Shown one piece after another: positions 6,695 to 16,376 of a stretch of 64,000 nt of DNA. The position numbers and the translations under genes are program-made. Positions within the stretch are counted from its first letter, which is position 1; each line of letters opens with the position of its first letter. The stretch is from an uncultured Christensenella sp. Lineage in GTDB: Bacteria > Bacillota > Clostridia > Christensenellales > UBA1242. Below the pieces are notes generated by a model. It saw only the letters and a program-made list of their open reading frames with translations, was not told where the DNA came from and did not search any database. The stretch covers positions 92,088 to 156,087 of the forward strand of contig CAZOFH010000002.1 of assembly GCA_964579205.1 (NCBI GenBank), read 5' to 3'.

Positions 6695-9178
6695 ATGAAT
6701 TTTTCAGAAACATTATACAAGGCTTTGCAAAACGCGGGCGAGTTGGCTACCCGTATGGGATATGCAGAAATCGCTTCTGAGCATCTGTTGTTCGGTATAA
6801 TTTCTATCGAAGACGCGCCGTCAGCCCAGATTTTGCGGAAATTCGGTGTAACAAAACAGAGTTATCTGCAGGCAGTCGATGAGCGGATGGAAAAATTCCC
6901 GAGCAAATATCTCGACGAGGTGGGCTACACTGCCTATGTCCGCGAAGTGCTGATTTTTGCTAACAAACTCGCTAGCAAACTTGGGCTAAACAAGACTAGC
7001 ACCGAGCACGTTTTGGCGGCGTTGGTGCAAAATGCTGAAAGCGATGCCATTCAGTTGTTGCGTCGCGCCTTTAATATCGACATAAATGCGTTGCGAAATC
7101 AGATTTATCAGAATATTTTGCCGACTGCCACTCAATCTGAAAGTGTGAGCCAAGATGCTGGTGGGTATGACAATGCTGGCAGTACTTTGCCCAAAAACTT
7201 GCTCGAACTCGGTACCGACCTAACGCTCAAGGCGCGTCAAGGCAAAATCGACCCAATCATCGGGCGTGAGGACGAAATCGCGCGCGTAATTGAGATTTTG
7301 TGTCGTAAAACAAAAAACAACCCAGTGCTCATCGGTGAGGCTGGTGTCGGAAAATCTGCCGTTGTCGAAGGGCTGGCTAAAGCGATTGTCGAGGGTAATG
7401 TGCCGGATTTGCTCAAAAATAAGGTGATTTTTTCGCTGGAATTGGGTTCTCTGATGGCTGGGACAAAGTACCGCGGTAGTATGGAGGAAAAACTCAAGAA
7501 CGCGATTGACACCATTATTCAGAATAAAGATATCATCGTTTTTATCGACGAATTGCATACTTTGGTGCAGGCGGGCGGCGGTGACAAGGGAGAGGTCAGC
7601 CCTAGCGATATGCTCAAGCCATACCTTGCGCGTGGTGAATTGCAGACTGTCGGTGCGACTACTACTGAGGAATATCGCAAATTTATCGAGCAGGACAAGG
7701 CGCTAGAGCGTAGGTTTCAGCCTGTTATGGTTAATCCGCCGTCGGTCGAGCAAACTGTGGAAATTCTAAAAGGCTTGCGAGAGTCTTATGAAAAGTTTCA
7801 CAAAGTCAAAATTACGGACGAAGCGATTTTGGCTGCCGCAAGTCTGAGTGACCGCTACATTATGGATAGGAGCCTACCTGACAAAGCGATAGACTTGGTC
7901 GATGAGGCAAGTTCGAGGGCAAAAGTCAACGGGGCTACTATGCCTGCACCGCTCAAAGAATTGCACGACAGGCTAGAAAAACTCGAGGCGGACAAAAAGG
8001 ACGCTGTCGCAAGGCAAGATTACAATGAGGCGGGGGCTTTGCACGACGAAATCAAAAAATTGAGCGTGGATTACCAGCAACAAAAGGAAGAATTTGACAA
8101 ATCTACCGCAAATGGCCCTGTTATTGGGTTCGATGATATTGCTAGAGTGGTGAGTGCGTGGTCGCACATTCCTGTAACAAAACTTACTGAGACCGAGCGA
8201 GACAGGCTGATGAGGTTGGAGGAATTACTACACAATCGTGTCATTGGTCAAGATCAAGCGGTCGTTGCTGTGAGCAAAGCAATTCGTCGTGCTCGTGCTG
8301 GGCTCAAAGACCCGAATAGACCGATAGGCTCATTCCTATTCTTGGGACCTACCGGTGTGGGTAAGACTGAATTGTCAAAAGCGTTGGCAGAAGCGATGTT
8401 TGATGATGAAAATCTGATAATTAGGCTAGATATGAGTGAGTATATGGAATCACACTCAGTCAGTAAACTTATTGGTTCGCCTCCAGGATATGTGGGGCAC
8501 GATGACGGTGGTCAACTCACTGAGCAAGTCCGCCGCAAACCGTATTCGATTATCCTATTCGATGAATTGGAAAAGGCGCACCCTGATGTCTTCAATATTT
8601 TGCTACAAATTCTCGACGACGGGCGCCTGACTGATAGTCACGGCAGAACGGTAAGTTTCAAGAACACAATCATCATAATGACTAGTAATGCTGGGGTAAG
8701 CAACCCAAAATACAAGAAAAATCGTGAAATTTATGAAAAAGAAGAGGATTTGGATAAGATTGCGCAACTAGATGAAGAGGCTACTGAAATCCTAAACGAC
8801 GCTATCAAAGGACAATTTAGACCAGAGTTTTTGAACAGAATTGACTCAATAGTTATCTTCAAATCGTTGTCAAAGCCAGAACTTGCACATATTGCCAAAC
8901 TTTTGATAACTAAAGTTGTCAAAAAACTCAAGAGCAAAGATATAGAATTGAAATTTACCGAGGACGCTCTCAGATACCTTGTGCAAAAAGGGTATACCGC
9001 CGATTATGGTGCGAGACCTTTGCGTAGAGTAATTGAGCAGGAAATTGAAGATAAACTGGCTGATGAGATATTGTCGGGCAAATTGGCTACAGGTGCTAAG
9101 GTAACAGTAGATGCTGATATCGAGGCTGGCAAATTGAAATTTAGAATTTATCAACCCAAAGTCGAAAGTAATGAATAA
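6695..9178 (+). CDS. clpC: ATP-dependent Clp protease ATP-binding subunit ClpC
   Basis: 827 aa with Clp_N repeats, Walker A motifs GEAGVGKSA and GPTGVGKTE, a UVR-like middle domain and a ClpB_D2-small C-terminus. Confidence 0.95.
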   Translation: MNFSETLYKALQNAGELATRMGYAEIASEHLLFGIISIEDAPSAQILRKFGVTKQSYLQAVDERMEKFPSKYLDEVGYTAYVREVLIFANKLASKLGLNKTSTEHVLAALVQNAESDAIQLLRRAFNIDINALRNQIYQNILPTATQSESVSQDAGGYDNAGSTLPKNLLELGTDLTLKARQGKIDPIIGREDEIARVIEILCRKTKNNPVLIGEAGVGKSAVVEGLAKAIVEGNVPDLLKNKVIFSLELGSLMAGTKYRGSMEEKLKNAIDTIIQNKDIIVFIDELHTLVQAGGGDKGEVSPSDMLKPYLARGELQTVGATTTEEYRKFIEQDKALERRFQPVMVNPPSVEQTVEILKGLRESYEKFHKVKITDEAILAAASLSDRYIMDRSLPDKAIDLVDEASSRAKVNGATMPAPLKELHDRLEKLEADKKDAVARQDYNEAGALHDEIKKLSVDYQQQKEEFDKSTANGPVIGFDDIARVVSAWSHIPVTKLTETERDRLMRLEELLHNRVIGQDQAVVAVSKAIRRARAGLKDPNRPIGSFLFLGPTGVGKTELSKALAEAMFDDENLIIRLDMSEYMESHSVSKLIGSPPGYVGHDDGGQLTEQVRRKPYSIILFDELEKAHPDVFNILLQILDDGRLTDSHGRTVSFKNTIIIMTSNAGVSNPKYKKNREIYEKEEDLDKIAQLDEEATEILNDAIKGQFRPEFLNRIDSIVIFKSLSKPELAHIAKLLITKVVKKLKSKDIELKFTEDALRYLVQKGYTADYGARPLRRVIEQEIEDKLADEILSGKLATGAKVTVDADIEAGKLKFRIYQPKVESNE

Positions 9179-9210
9179 TTAGATAAGGTTAATTTAAATT
9201 AGAATACAAA

Positions 9211-9238
9211 AATACGCTACACAGGTAGCGTATTTTTT
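9211..9238 (+). terminator. rho-independent terminator of clpC
   Basis: AATACGCTAC-ACAG-GTAGCGTATT followed by TTTT. Confidence 0.8.
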
Positions 9239-9286
9239 GGTATTTAATAAATTGTTGCTTGCTCGCAAAAATGTGGGTAATGCAAT

Positions 9287-9349
9287 AAATAAGCGAGTAA
9301 GTGACAAAAATAAGCAGTTAAACAGCAAAAATAAACAGGTAAGTGGTAA
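9287..9349. repeat. three imperfect 21-bp direct repeats
   Basis: AAATAAGCGAGTAAGTGACAA / AAATAAGCAGTTAAACAGCAA / AAATAAACAGGTAAGTGGTAA arranged head to tail in a convergent intergenic region. Confidence 0.4.
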
Positions 9350-9488
9350 ATTTTTGATTTGAACAACTGATAAGTAATCAGAGCAAAGGCGGGGAAAAAT
9401 AAAATATTCTAATAAAAATCAAAATAATATAACTCGATAAATATTGTCTCTATTGAGTAAAATCGGGTATAAAAATTAGAATAATTCT

Positions 9489-9914
9489 TTAGTTATTATT
9501 CGCGATTTTGGTTAGTTTTTTGATCTGTGACGGTGTGTAATTTTGCTGCTGAACGGCTGTCTTTTGGGCTGTTTTGACGGGCTGATTTTGTTGTTTTTGG
9601 GTCAAAAGAGGGAGTAGTGTCTGTGCCAATTCTAATACTGCTGCTATATTATTGTTTTGCGATTTTTGGCTAGAAATAGGCGTTTGCTTAGGTGCTATGC
9701 ATTGCATAGTACCTTGCATAGTACTGCCAAAACTGTCGTTTTTTGTACCAAAATCGTAGTTTGGTAAGTTGTAATAATTCTGTGCAGTCTGTTGTGATGG
9801 TGCCGGTGTGGCGGTAGAAATGTTGGGCGAGAATATTTTTGACACCGTGCTGATTACATCGCCAAGATTGATATTGCTATTTTGTAGAATAGATAGAAGA
9901 TTTGTTATATCCAT
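9489..9914 (-). CDS. Gln/Asn-rich small protein, function unknown
   Basis: 141-aa ORF with AGGTG RBS. Low-complexity Q/N/T-rich composition and no TM segment. Confidence 0.5.
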   Translation of the reverse strand: MDITNLLSILQNSNINLGDVISTVSKIFSPNISTATPAPSQQTAQNYYNLPNYDFGTKNDSFGSTMQGTMQCIAPKQTPISSQKSQNNNIAAVLELAQTLLPLLTQKQQNQPVKTAQKTAVQQQNYTPSQIKKLTKIANNN

Positions 9915-9973
9915 AATGCACCTAATTTATATATGAAAACATATATTGATTTAGTGAAATATGGAGGTAAAAA

Positions 9974-10291
9974 ATGAATATAAAAGATTACAAAAGTACA
10001 CAAACAGAAGAAGAAAAGACATCAAAAAGTGATTTTGAGGAGTTGAAAAATAGTCAAGAATTCAAGGATATTGAGCGCGAATATGGGAGTGTAGTTGAGG
10101 ATTTTATCAATAATTATGCTAGCAAAAGCGAGCCAGAATTGATACAGGATTTGCTGCGTCTAATAGCCGAAAAGAAAAAAGATGGCACATTTGATGCGCA
10201 AAAACTACGTGACTTGGCGGAGATGATTGCGCCGATGCTGGACGATGAAATGAGGGCAAAAATGTATAATTTACTCAATTTTTTGGACTAA
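9974..10291 (+). CDS. small acidic protein, function unknown
   Basis: 105-aa ORF with GGAGG RBS. Its stop codon lies 2 nt before the ATG of the downstream subtilase, which suggests translational coupling. Confidence 0.55.
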   Translation: MNIKDYKSTQTEEEKTSKSDFEELKNSQEFKDIEREYGSVVEDFINNYASKSEPELIQDLLRLIAEKKKDGTFDAQKLRDLAEMIAPMLDDEMRAKMYNLLNFLD

Positions 10292-10293
10292 CA

Positions 10294-11466
10294 ATGCACC
10301 CAAAGATTGACCCAAGCATTCTAAACTCTGTCGGCATTCTCGAGGTGGATAAGTGCCAAGTGATAGTGTATTATCGCGATGAAAACTTTTTACATAAGGT
10401 ACAAAACAACACTGATTTTGAGGTTTTGGGGCATTATCCATTTATCAAGGCGCTGGCAATTTGCGTAAATTATCGCAAAATATTTGATTTTGCTAATGAT
10501 ATTGGGGTAAATTATGTCACCAAAGTGGCTACTACTCATACGCTCATTCATAATGCGCGCGATATGCTAGGGGTGGACAGATTACATACTCAAGGTATTA
10601 ATGGGCGAGGGGTGAATGTCGCAGTGATTGATACAGGGTGCTACCCGCATCTCGATTTTGTATTGGGCGAGAATAGGATAGTCAAGTTTGTCGACTTTGT
10701 CAATGGGCGAGAATTGCCGTATGATGATAATGGTCACGGCTCTTTTGTGGCGGGAGTGCTGTGTGGTAGTGGGCTGGTTTCTGGTGCAAAATTCACAGGA
10801 ATTGCACCAAAAAGTGGGTTAATTGTGTTAAAATCGCTCAAAAGTGACGGTCAAACGCAAGCATACAAGGTGTTAGAGGCTATGCAGTGGATATACACAA
10901 ATTGCCTAAAATACAACATCCGAGTGGTGTGTATGAGTTTCGGTAGCACTCCATTAGGGCAAAATGACCCGCTTTCTCTCGGTGCAAACTCGTTGTGGCA
11001 AAAAGGGGTGGTGGTCGTCTCGGCGGTTGGCAATGACGGACCTCGCCCAAGTTCGGTCAAGTCACCCGGCGCGAGTGGTAAAATCATCACTGTAGGCTGT
11101 GCAGATACGCGCAAAAACGACATTTCGGTAGCAGATTTTAGTTCTCGAGGTCCAATTTTTGACTTTATCAAGCCTGATTTGATTGCTCCAGGGGTGGAAA
11201 TTACCTCGCTATCTAATAGTGAGAATTTTTATACCACAATGTCGGGGACTAGTGTGAGCGCTCCTGTGGTGGCAGGGATTTGCGCACTGCTTATTCAGCA
11301 GAACTCTAGCCTTACCCCAAATATGATAAAATCAATTTTGCTCTCTAGTGCGCGCACTCTGCCTTTTGATGTGAATGCCTGTGGGGCGGGGCTTGTTGAC
11401 GCGTGGGCGGCGAGCGAATTAGCAAAATTGTCTCGACCTATCCAATCGAAAACTGCTCAAAAATGA
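10294..11466 (+). CDS. S8 subtilisin-family serine peptidase with N-terminal propeptide-like region and no signal peptide
   Basis: Catalytic triad contexts VAVIDTG (Asp), GHGSFVAG (His) and GTSVSAP (Ser). Roughly 100 aa of I9-like sequence precede the Asp. The N-terminus is not hydrophobic. Confidence 0.85.
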   Translation: MHPKIDPSILNSVGILEVDKCQVIVYYRDENFLHKVQNNTDFEVLGHYPFIKALAICVNYRKIFDFANDIGVNYVTKVATTHTLIHNARDMLGVDRLHTQGINGRGVNVAVIDTGCYPHLDFVLGENRIVKFVDFVNGRELPYDDNGHGSFVAGVLCGSGLVSGAKFTGIAPKSGLIVLKSLKSDGQTQAYKVLEAMQWIYTNCLKYNIRVVCMSFGSTPLGQNDPLSLGANSLWQKGVVVVSAVGNDGPRPSSVKSPGASGKIITVGCADTRKNDISVADFSSRGPIFDFIKPDLIAPGVEITSLSNSENFYTTMSGTSVSAPVVAGICALLIQQNSSLTPNMIKSILLSSARTLPFDVNACGAGLVDAWAASELAKLSRPIQSKTAQK

Positions 11467-11569
11467 TGCAAATTTGCCAAAAAACTATAAAAAAAGTGCA
11501 AAAAACGCACTTTTTTTCAATTTTTGCACAAAAAATTATGCTAACATTGTTTTTCGGGAGGACGACTAT

Positions 11570-11878
11570 ATGCAGGTAACTTCACAAATTTTTGATGATA
11601 CACTGGTGTTATTTTTGAATGGGGAGTTGGACGAACATAGTGCAACCTATGTCAGAGAAGTGATGGACGATATCTTGACCCAAAGCAGAGCGAGACACAT
11701 TATCATTGATTTGGAGCAACTGGATTTTATGGATAGCACGGGTATCGGGGTGATGATTGGCCGATACAAAAAAATGAAATCTCGTGGCATCCCGATGTTT
11801 GTCCGCAATCCCAACAAGCAAATCGACAAAATTTTTGCAATGACGGCATTGTATGATGTGATGCCGAAAATTGATTAA
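11570..11878 (+). CDS. spoIIAA: anti-sigma-F factor antagonist SpoIIAA (STAS domain)
   Basis: MQVTSQIFDDTLVLFLNGELD..., with the phosphorylatable Ser in FMDSTGIG. Start moved to ATG 11570 behind GGGAGG. The ORF-track start at 11474 would cross the upstream terminator hairpin. Confidence 0.85.
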   Translation: MQVTSQIFDDTLVLFLNGELDEHSATYVREVMDDILTQSRARHIIIDLEQLDFMDSTGIGVMIGRYKKMKSRGIPMFVRNPNKQIDKIFAMTALYDVMPKID

Positions 11879-11887
11879 GGAGGCAGA

Positions 11888-12340
11888 ATGGATTATCTCA
11901 ATGAAATGACCTTGACTTTTTTGTCATACTCGATTAACGAAAGTTTCGCGCGGAGTGCAGTGGCGGGATTTTGCGTGCAACTCAATCCGACTCTGGACGA
12001 AATCAGCGATATCAAGACTGCCGTCAGTGAGGCGGTGACGAATTGCGTCGTGCACGCTTATCCAAACGGCGAGCGTGGGAAGGTGACGATTTGGGTGGGC
12101 TTGCGACAAAACGAAGTCTGTATCAAGGTCATCGACGACGGTGTAGGGATAAATGACTTTGTCAGAGCGTGCGAGCCATTTTTTACCACGCGACCGACAG
12201 AAGAGCGTGCGGGTATGGGGTTTACAGTGATGGAAAGTTTTATGGACTCGGTCACTTTGCAAAAGAATAACGAGCGTGGTTTGATAGTGGAGCTGAAAAA
12301 AATTCTGCACAAAACTGAGAGTAAAGCGTGCAATGGTTGA
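11888..12340 (+). CDS. spoIIAB: anti-sigma-F factor / Ser kinase SpoIIAB
   Basis: HATPase_c N-box EAVTNCVVHAY, G1 box DDGVGI and G2 box GMGFTVM. Lies between spoIIAA and sigF. Confidence 0.9.
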   Translation: MDYLNEMTLTFLSYSINESFARSAVAGFCVQLNPTLDEISDIKTAVSEAVTNCVVHAYPNGERGKVTIWVGLRQNEVCIKVIDDGVGINDFVRACEPFFTTRPTEERAGMGFTVMESFMDSVTLQKNNERGLIVELKKILHKTESKACNG

Positions 12341-13052
12341 TTACGAAAAAACTCTCGCCCTCATCCGCGCGGCTCAAAACGGCGACATTGCTGCCAAGAA
12401 CGAGTTGATAAATCAAAATTATCCTCTAGTCAAAAGTGTGATCAGGCGCTATCGCAACAAAGGGCTGGATTATGACGATCTTTTTCAACTGGGCTGCGTG
12501 GGCTTTGTCAAGGCAATCAACAATTTTGACACGCAGTTTGGAGTAAAATTTAGTACATACGCCGTGCCGATGATAGCGGGTGAGGTAAAACGCTTTTTGC
12601 GCGACGACGGCTATATCAAAGTCAGTCGTGCTATAAAGGCTCAGGCTATCGAAATCAAAAAATACCTAGCGTCTTTGCCGCCGCAATCGGATGAGCCCGA
12701 TATTGCCGAAATCGCCGACGCACTCAATATTTCGCCTGAGGATGTGGTCTTTGCGATGGATAGCGCAAAATATCCGATGAGCCTATCTGCGCCGATTGAT
12801 TCGACCGACGAGGGCAGCATCTCTCTATCCGAGCGCATCGCGGACGATGAGGATGAAGAAAAGAGGATAGACCACTTTATCCTCAGGGATTTGATACAAA
12901 ATCTGGACGAGCGCGACCGAAAAATCATCATCTTGCGCTATTATCGAGACAAGACGCAGGCAGAAATCGCTGCCGAATTGGGTGTCAGTCAAGTGCAGGT
13001 CAGCAGGATTGAAAATAAAATTTTGGCAAGTTTCAAAAACAAATTACGCTAA
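12333..13052 (+). CDS. sigF: sporulation sigma factor SigF
   Basis: Sigma-70 regions 2-4 (DLFQLGCVGFVKAINNFD, YAVPMIAGEVKRFLRDDG, QAEIAAELGVSQVQVSRIENK). Overlaps spoIIAB by 8 nt as in the spoIIA operon. Confidence 0.9.
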   Translation: MVDYEKTLALIRAAQNGDIAAKNELINQNYPLVKSVIRRYRNKGLDYDDLFQLGCVGFVKAINNFDTQFGVKFSTYAVPMIAGEVKRFLRDDGYIKVSRAIKAQAIEIKKYLASLPPQSDEPDIAEIADALNISPEDVVFAMDSAKYPMSLSAPIDSTDEGSISLSERIADDEDEEKRIDHFILRDLIQNLDERDRKIIILRYYRDKTQAEIAAELGVSQVQVSRIENKILASFKNKLR

Positions 13053-13182
13053 ACGACCTCAAAAAGCAAGGGCAAAAATTGTGTCCAAACTTTTTTTGAG
13101 GTTGTTTTTTGTACCCCAAATATATTGAAAAATTGTGTTTTTTGTGCTATAATAGTGAAAATCTGTGAATTTAGGGGGCAAA

Positions 13183-13899
13183 ATGATACAAAAAACTATG
13201 GATTATCTAGCGCGGCTTTTTCCGAACCCCGACCCAGAACTAAATTTTGATACGCCTTTTCAATGCTTGGTAGCGGTGGTGCTGAGCGCGCAATGCACGG
13301 ACAAGCGAGTCAATCTCGTGACGGCGCCGCTATTCCGCGATTATCCCGACGCAGCCTCGCTCGGGCGCCTAGAACAGGCGGAATTGGAAAAACTAATCTA
13401 TAGCACAGGTTTTTATCGCAATAAGGCGAAGAATATTTTGGCACTATGTAAAGTGCTGAACGAGCAGTATGGGGGCGAAGTCCCTAGCGACCCGAATATT
13501 CTCGAGACGCTGCCTGGGGTGGGGCGCAAGACTGCCAACGTGGTGTCTAGTGCGATTTTCGGCGCAAATCGTATCGGTGTGGATACGCACGTGATGCGTG
13601 TGACCAATCGTCTCGGGCTGGTGGACGCAAAGACACCTCTCGAGGTCGAGCGGCAGTGGGTGGCACGTTATCCAGAGTATCAAAATCACGACGCGCATTT
13701 TCGGCTGGTGCTGTTTGGGCGGTATCATTGCAAGGCACAAAATCCTCAGTGTGATGAGTGTGAATTGGCTAGTTTTTGTAAATATAGGGCAGAAAAATCA
13801 CGCGCGACTACAAAATCTAGTACAAAATCATCGCCTACAGCAAAATCAAAAGCTAAAACTGTGACCAAAAGCAAATCCCATAATCCCAAAACTAAATAA
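13183..13899 (+). CDS. nth: endonuclease III (Nth) with Lys/Ser/Thr-rich C-terminal tail
   Basis: HhH-GPD motif LPGVGRKTANVV, catalytic-Asp context GVDTHV and a 4Fe-4S cluster CKAQNPQCDECELASFC. Start at ATG 13183 behind AGGGGG. The last ~35 aa are KSRATTKSSTKSSPTAKSKAKTVTKSKSHNPKTK. Confidence 0.9.
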   Translation: MIQKTMDYLARLFPNPDPELNFDTPFQCLVAVVLSAQCTDKRVNLVTAPLFRDYPDAASLGRLEQAELEKLIYSTGFYRNKAKNILALCKVLNEQYGGEVPSDPNILETLPGVGRKTANVVSSAIFGANRIGVDTHVMRVTNRLGLVDAKTPLEVERQWVARYPEYQNHDAHFRLVLFGRYHCKAQNPQCDECELASFCKYRAEKSRATTKSSTKSSPTAKSKAKTVTKSKSHNPKTK

Positions 13900-14075
13900 G
13901 CGTGCAAAGTAATCTGGCGGAGTTCGCTTGGGCGGTCAATTATGAGTAAAGTTTTGCGATTTGTGAATATCGAGTAGCCCCTCTAGCACGCCCTCGTTGG
14001 ATAGTCGATATCGTGGATGAGGAATGCTGCGATAAAAAATAAAAAAAGATAAATTTTGCTATATATAATATATAA

Positions 14076-15380
<1,305 letters not shown>

Positions 15381-15452
15381 TCTTTGCCGATTTTTTGCGA
15401 AAGGCTATCTTTTGTAGAATTTTATTTATCATTATATAATAAGGAGTGAAAT

Positions 15453-15734
15453 ATGATTACACCTAAACAAAGAGCGGAATTGCGTGGACAGGCGCAAAAA
15501 TTGGACGCTATCATTCAGGTGGGTAAGGATGGGATTACCCCCGAAGTCATCAATACTGTCGATCAGGCGTTGTTCGCAAGGGAGTTGATAAAACTCACTG
15601 TGCTAGAGAATTGCCCTGAGAGTGCGCGTGAGGTCGCTGATACTTTGGCTGGGCGCTGCCGTGCCGACGTGGTCCAAGTCATCGGCAGAAAAGTCGTGCT
15701 GTACAAACTCAACACGACCAAGCGTAAAAAATAA
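15453..15734 (+). CDS. yhbY: YhbY/CRM-domain RNA-binding protein
   Basis: 93 aa. LRGQAQKLDAIIQVGKDGITPEV...ELIKLTV matches the CRS1/YhbY family. Confidence 0.85.
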   Translation: MITPKQRAELRGQAQKLDAIIQVGKDGITPEVINTVDQALFARELIKLTVLENCPESAREVADTLAGRCRADVVQVIGRKVVLYKLNTTKRKK

Positions 15735-15910
15735 AGCGGAGTATGCGTCCGCTGTCTACTAGGCTGGGGTAGAGGCTGTTTCATCCGCACACGCGGCTCG
15801 CCGCCGCGCCCCCGCGAGGGGGGGGGCGCTACGCGCCTGTCGGCGCGTCAGGCACTGCCGTGCCTCGGCGGCTCGCGCAAAGCGGCAGAGGCTCTGCCCC
15901 TGACCCCGAG
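15735..15910. repeat. very GC-rich intergenic insert with G9 tract
   Basis: My hand count of 15781-15840 is 49/60 G+C. Hairpins AGCGGA-GTATGCG-TCCGCT (15735-15753), a C5/G-run stem around a GCGA loop that contains the G9 tract (15818-15826), AGGCAC-TGCC-GTGCCT and GGCAGAG-G-CTCTGCC. Confidence 0.55.
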
Positions 15911-15967
15911 TAATATCGTTTGATTGTGCGTGAGTTTCGCCGCCAAATGTTAGCCCAATCCGCTGGA

Positions 15968-16276
15968 TTACTCCGCATCATACAGTTTTTTGACTGTGTT
16001 TTGATGCGTCTCTAGCGTGTGCCTAGCGAGGTCGGCATTTTGCGTGCGCATCAGGTCGGCAGTCGGTACAAACTCAATCTCAGAGGGCAAATTTTGTGGC
16101 TGACGACCAGCGTCGGAGCGTGTCGAGCCGAAAAGTTGGGGCAGGTTTAATTTTGGTAAAATCTGCAATAATTTAGTCAGGTCAAAGTTTGGGCTAGTGC
16201 TGGTAGTGTCCTCTGATTTTGGGGCTGCGATTTTGACGATGTGGGCATTTTCTGACTCAAACTCCACTTTTTTCAT
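15968..16276 (-). CDS. small protein, function unknown
   Basis: 102-aa ORF with AAAGGAAA RBS and no TM segment. Contains DLTKLLQILPKLNL, which resembles the N-terminus of the 9489-9914 product. Confidence 0.5.
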   Translation of the reverse strand: MKKVEFESENAHIVKIAAPKSEDTTSTSPNFDLTKLLQILPKLNLPQLFGSTRSDAGRQPQNLPSEIEFVPTADLMRTQNADLARHTLETHQNTVKKLYDAE

Positions 16277-16376
16277 AATATTTTCCTTTTAATTTACTCT
16301 AAATAATTGACTAAAAATTTATTTAATGCTAATATATGATAGCAAATTTACTTTTGTGTAATTCAAGGAGACCAGA

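Noticed and set aside
9180-9490. A CRISPR-like or iteron array.
   Set aside because: There are only three contiguous, imperfect 21-bp units with no spacers and no cas genes, so this is not a CRISPR array. The repeats are reported only as a low-interest feature.
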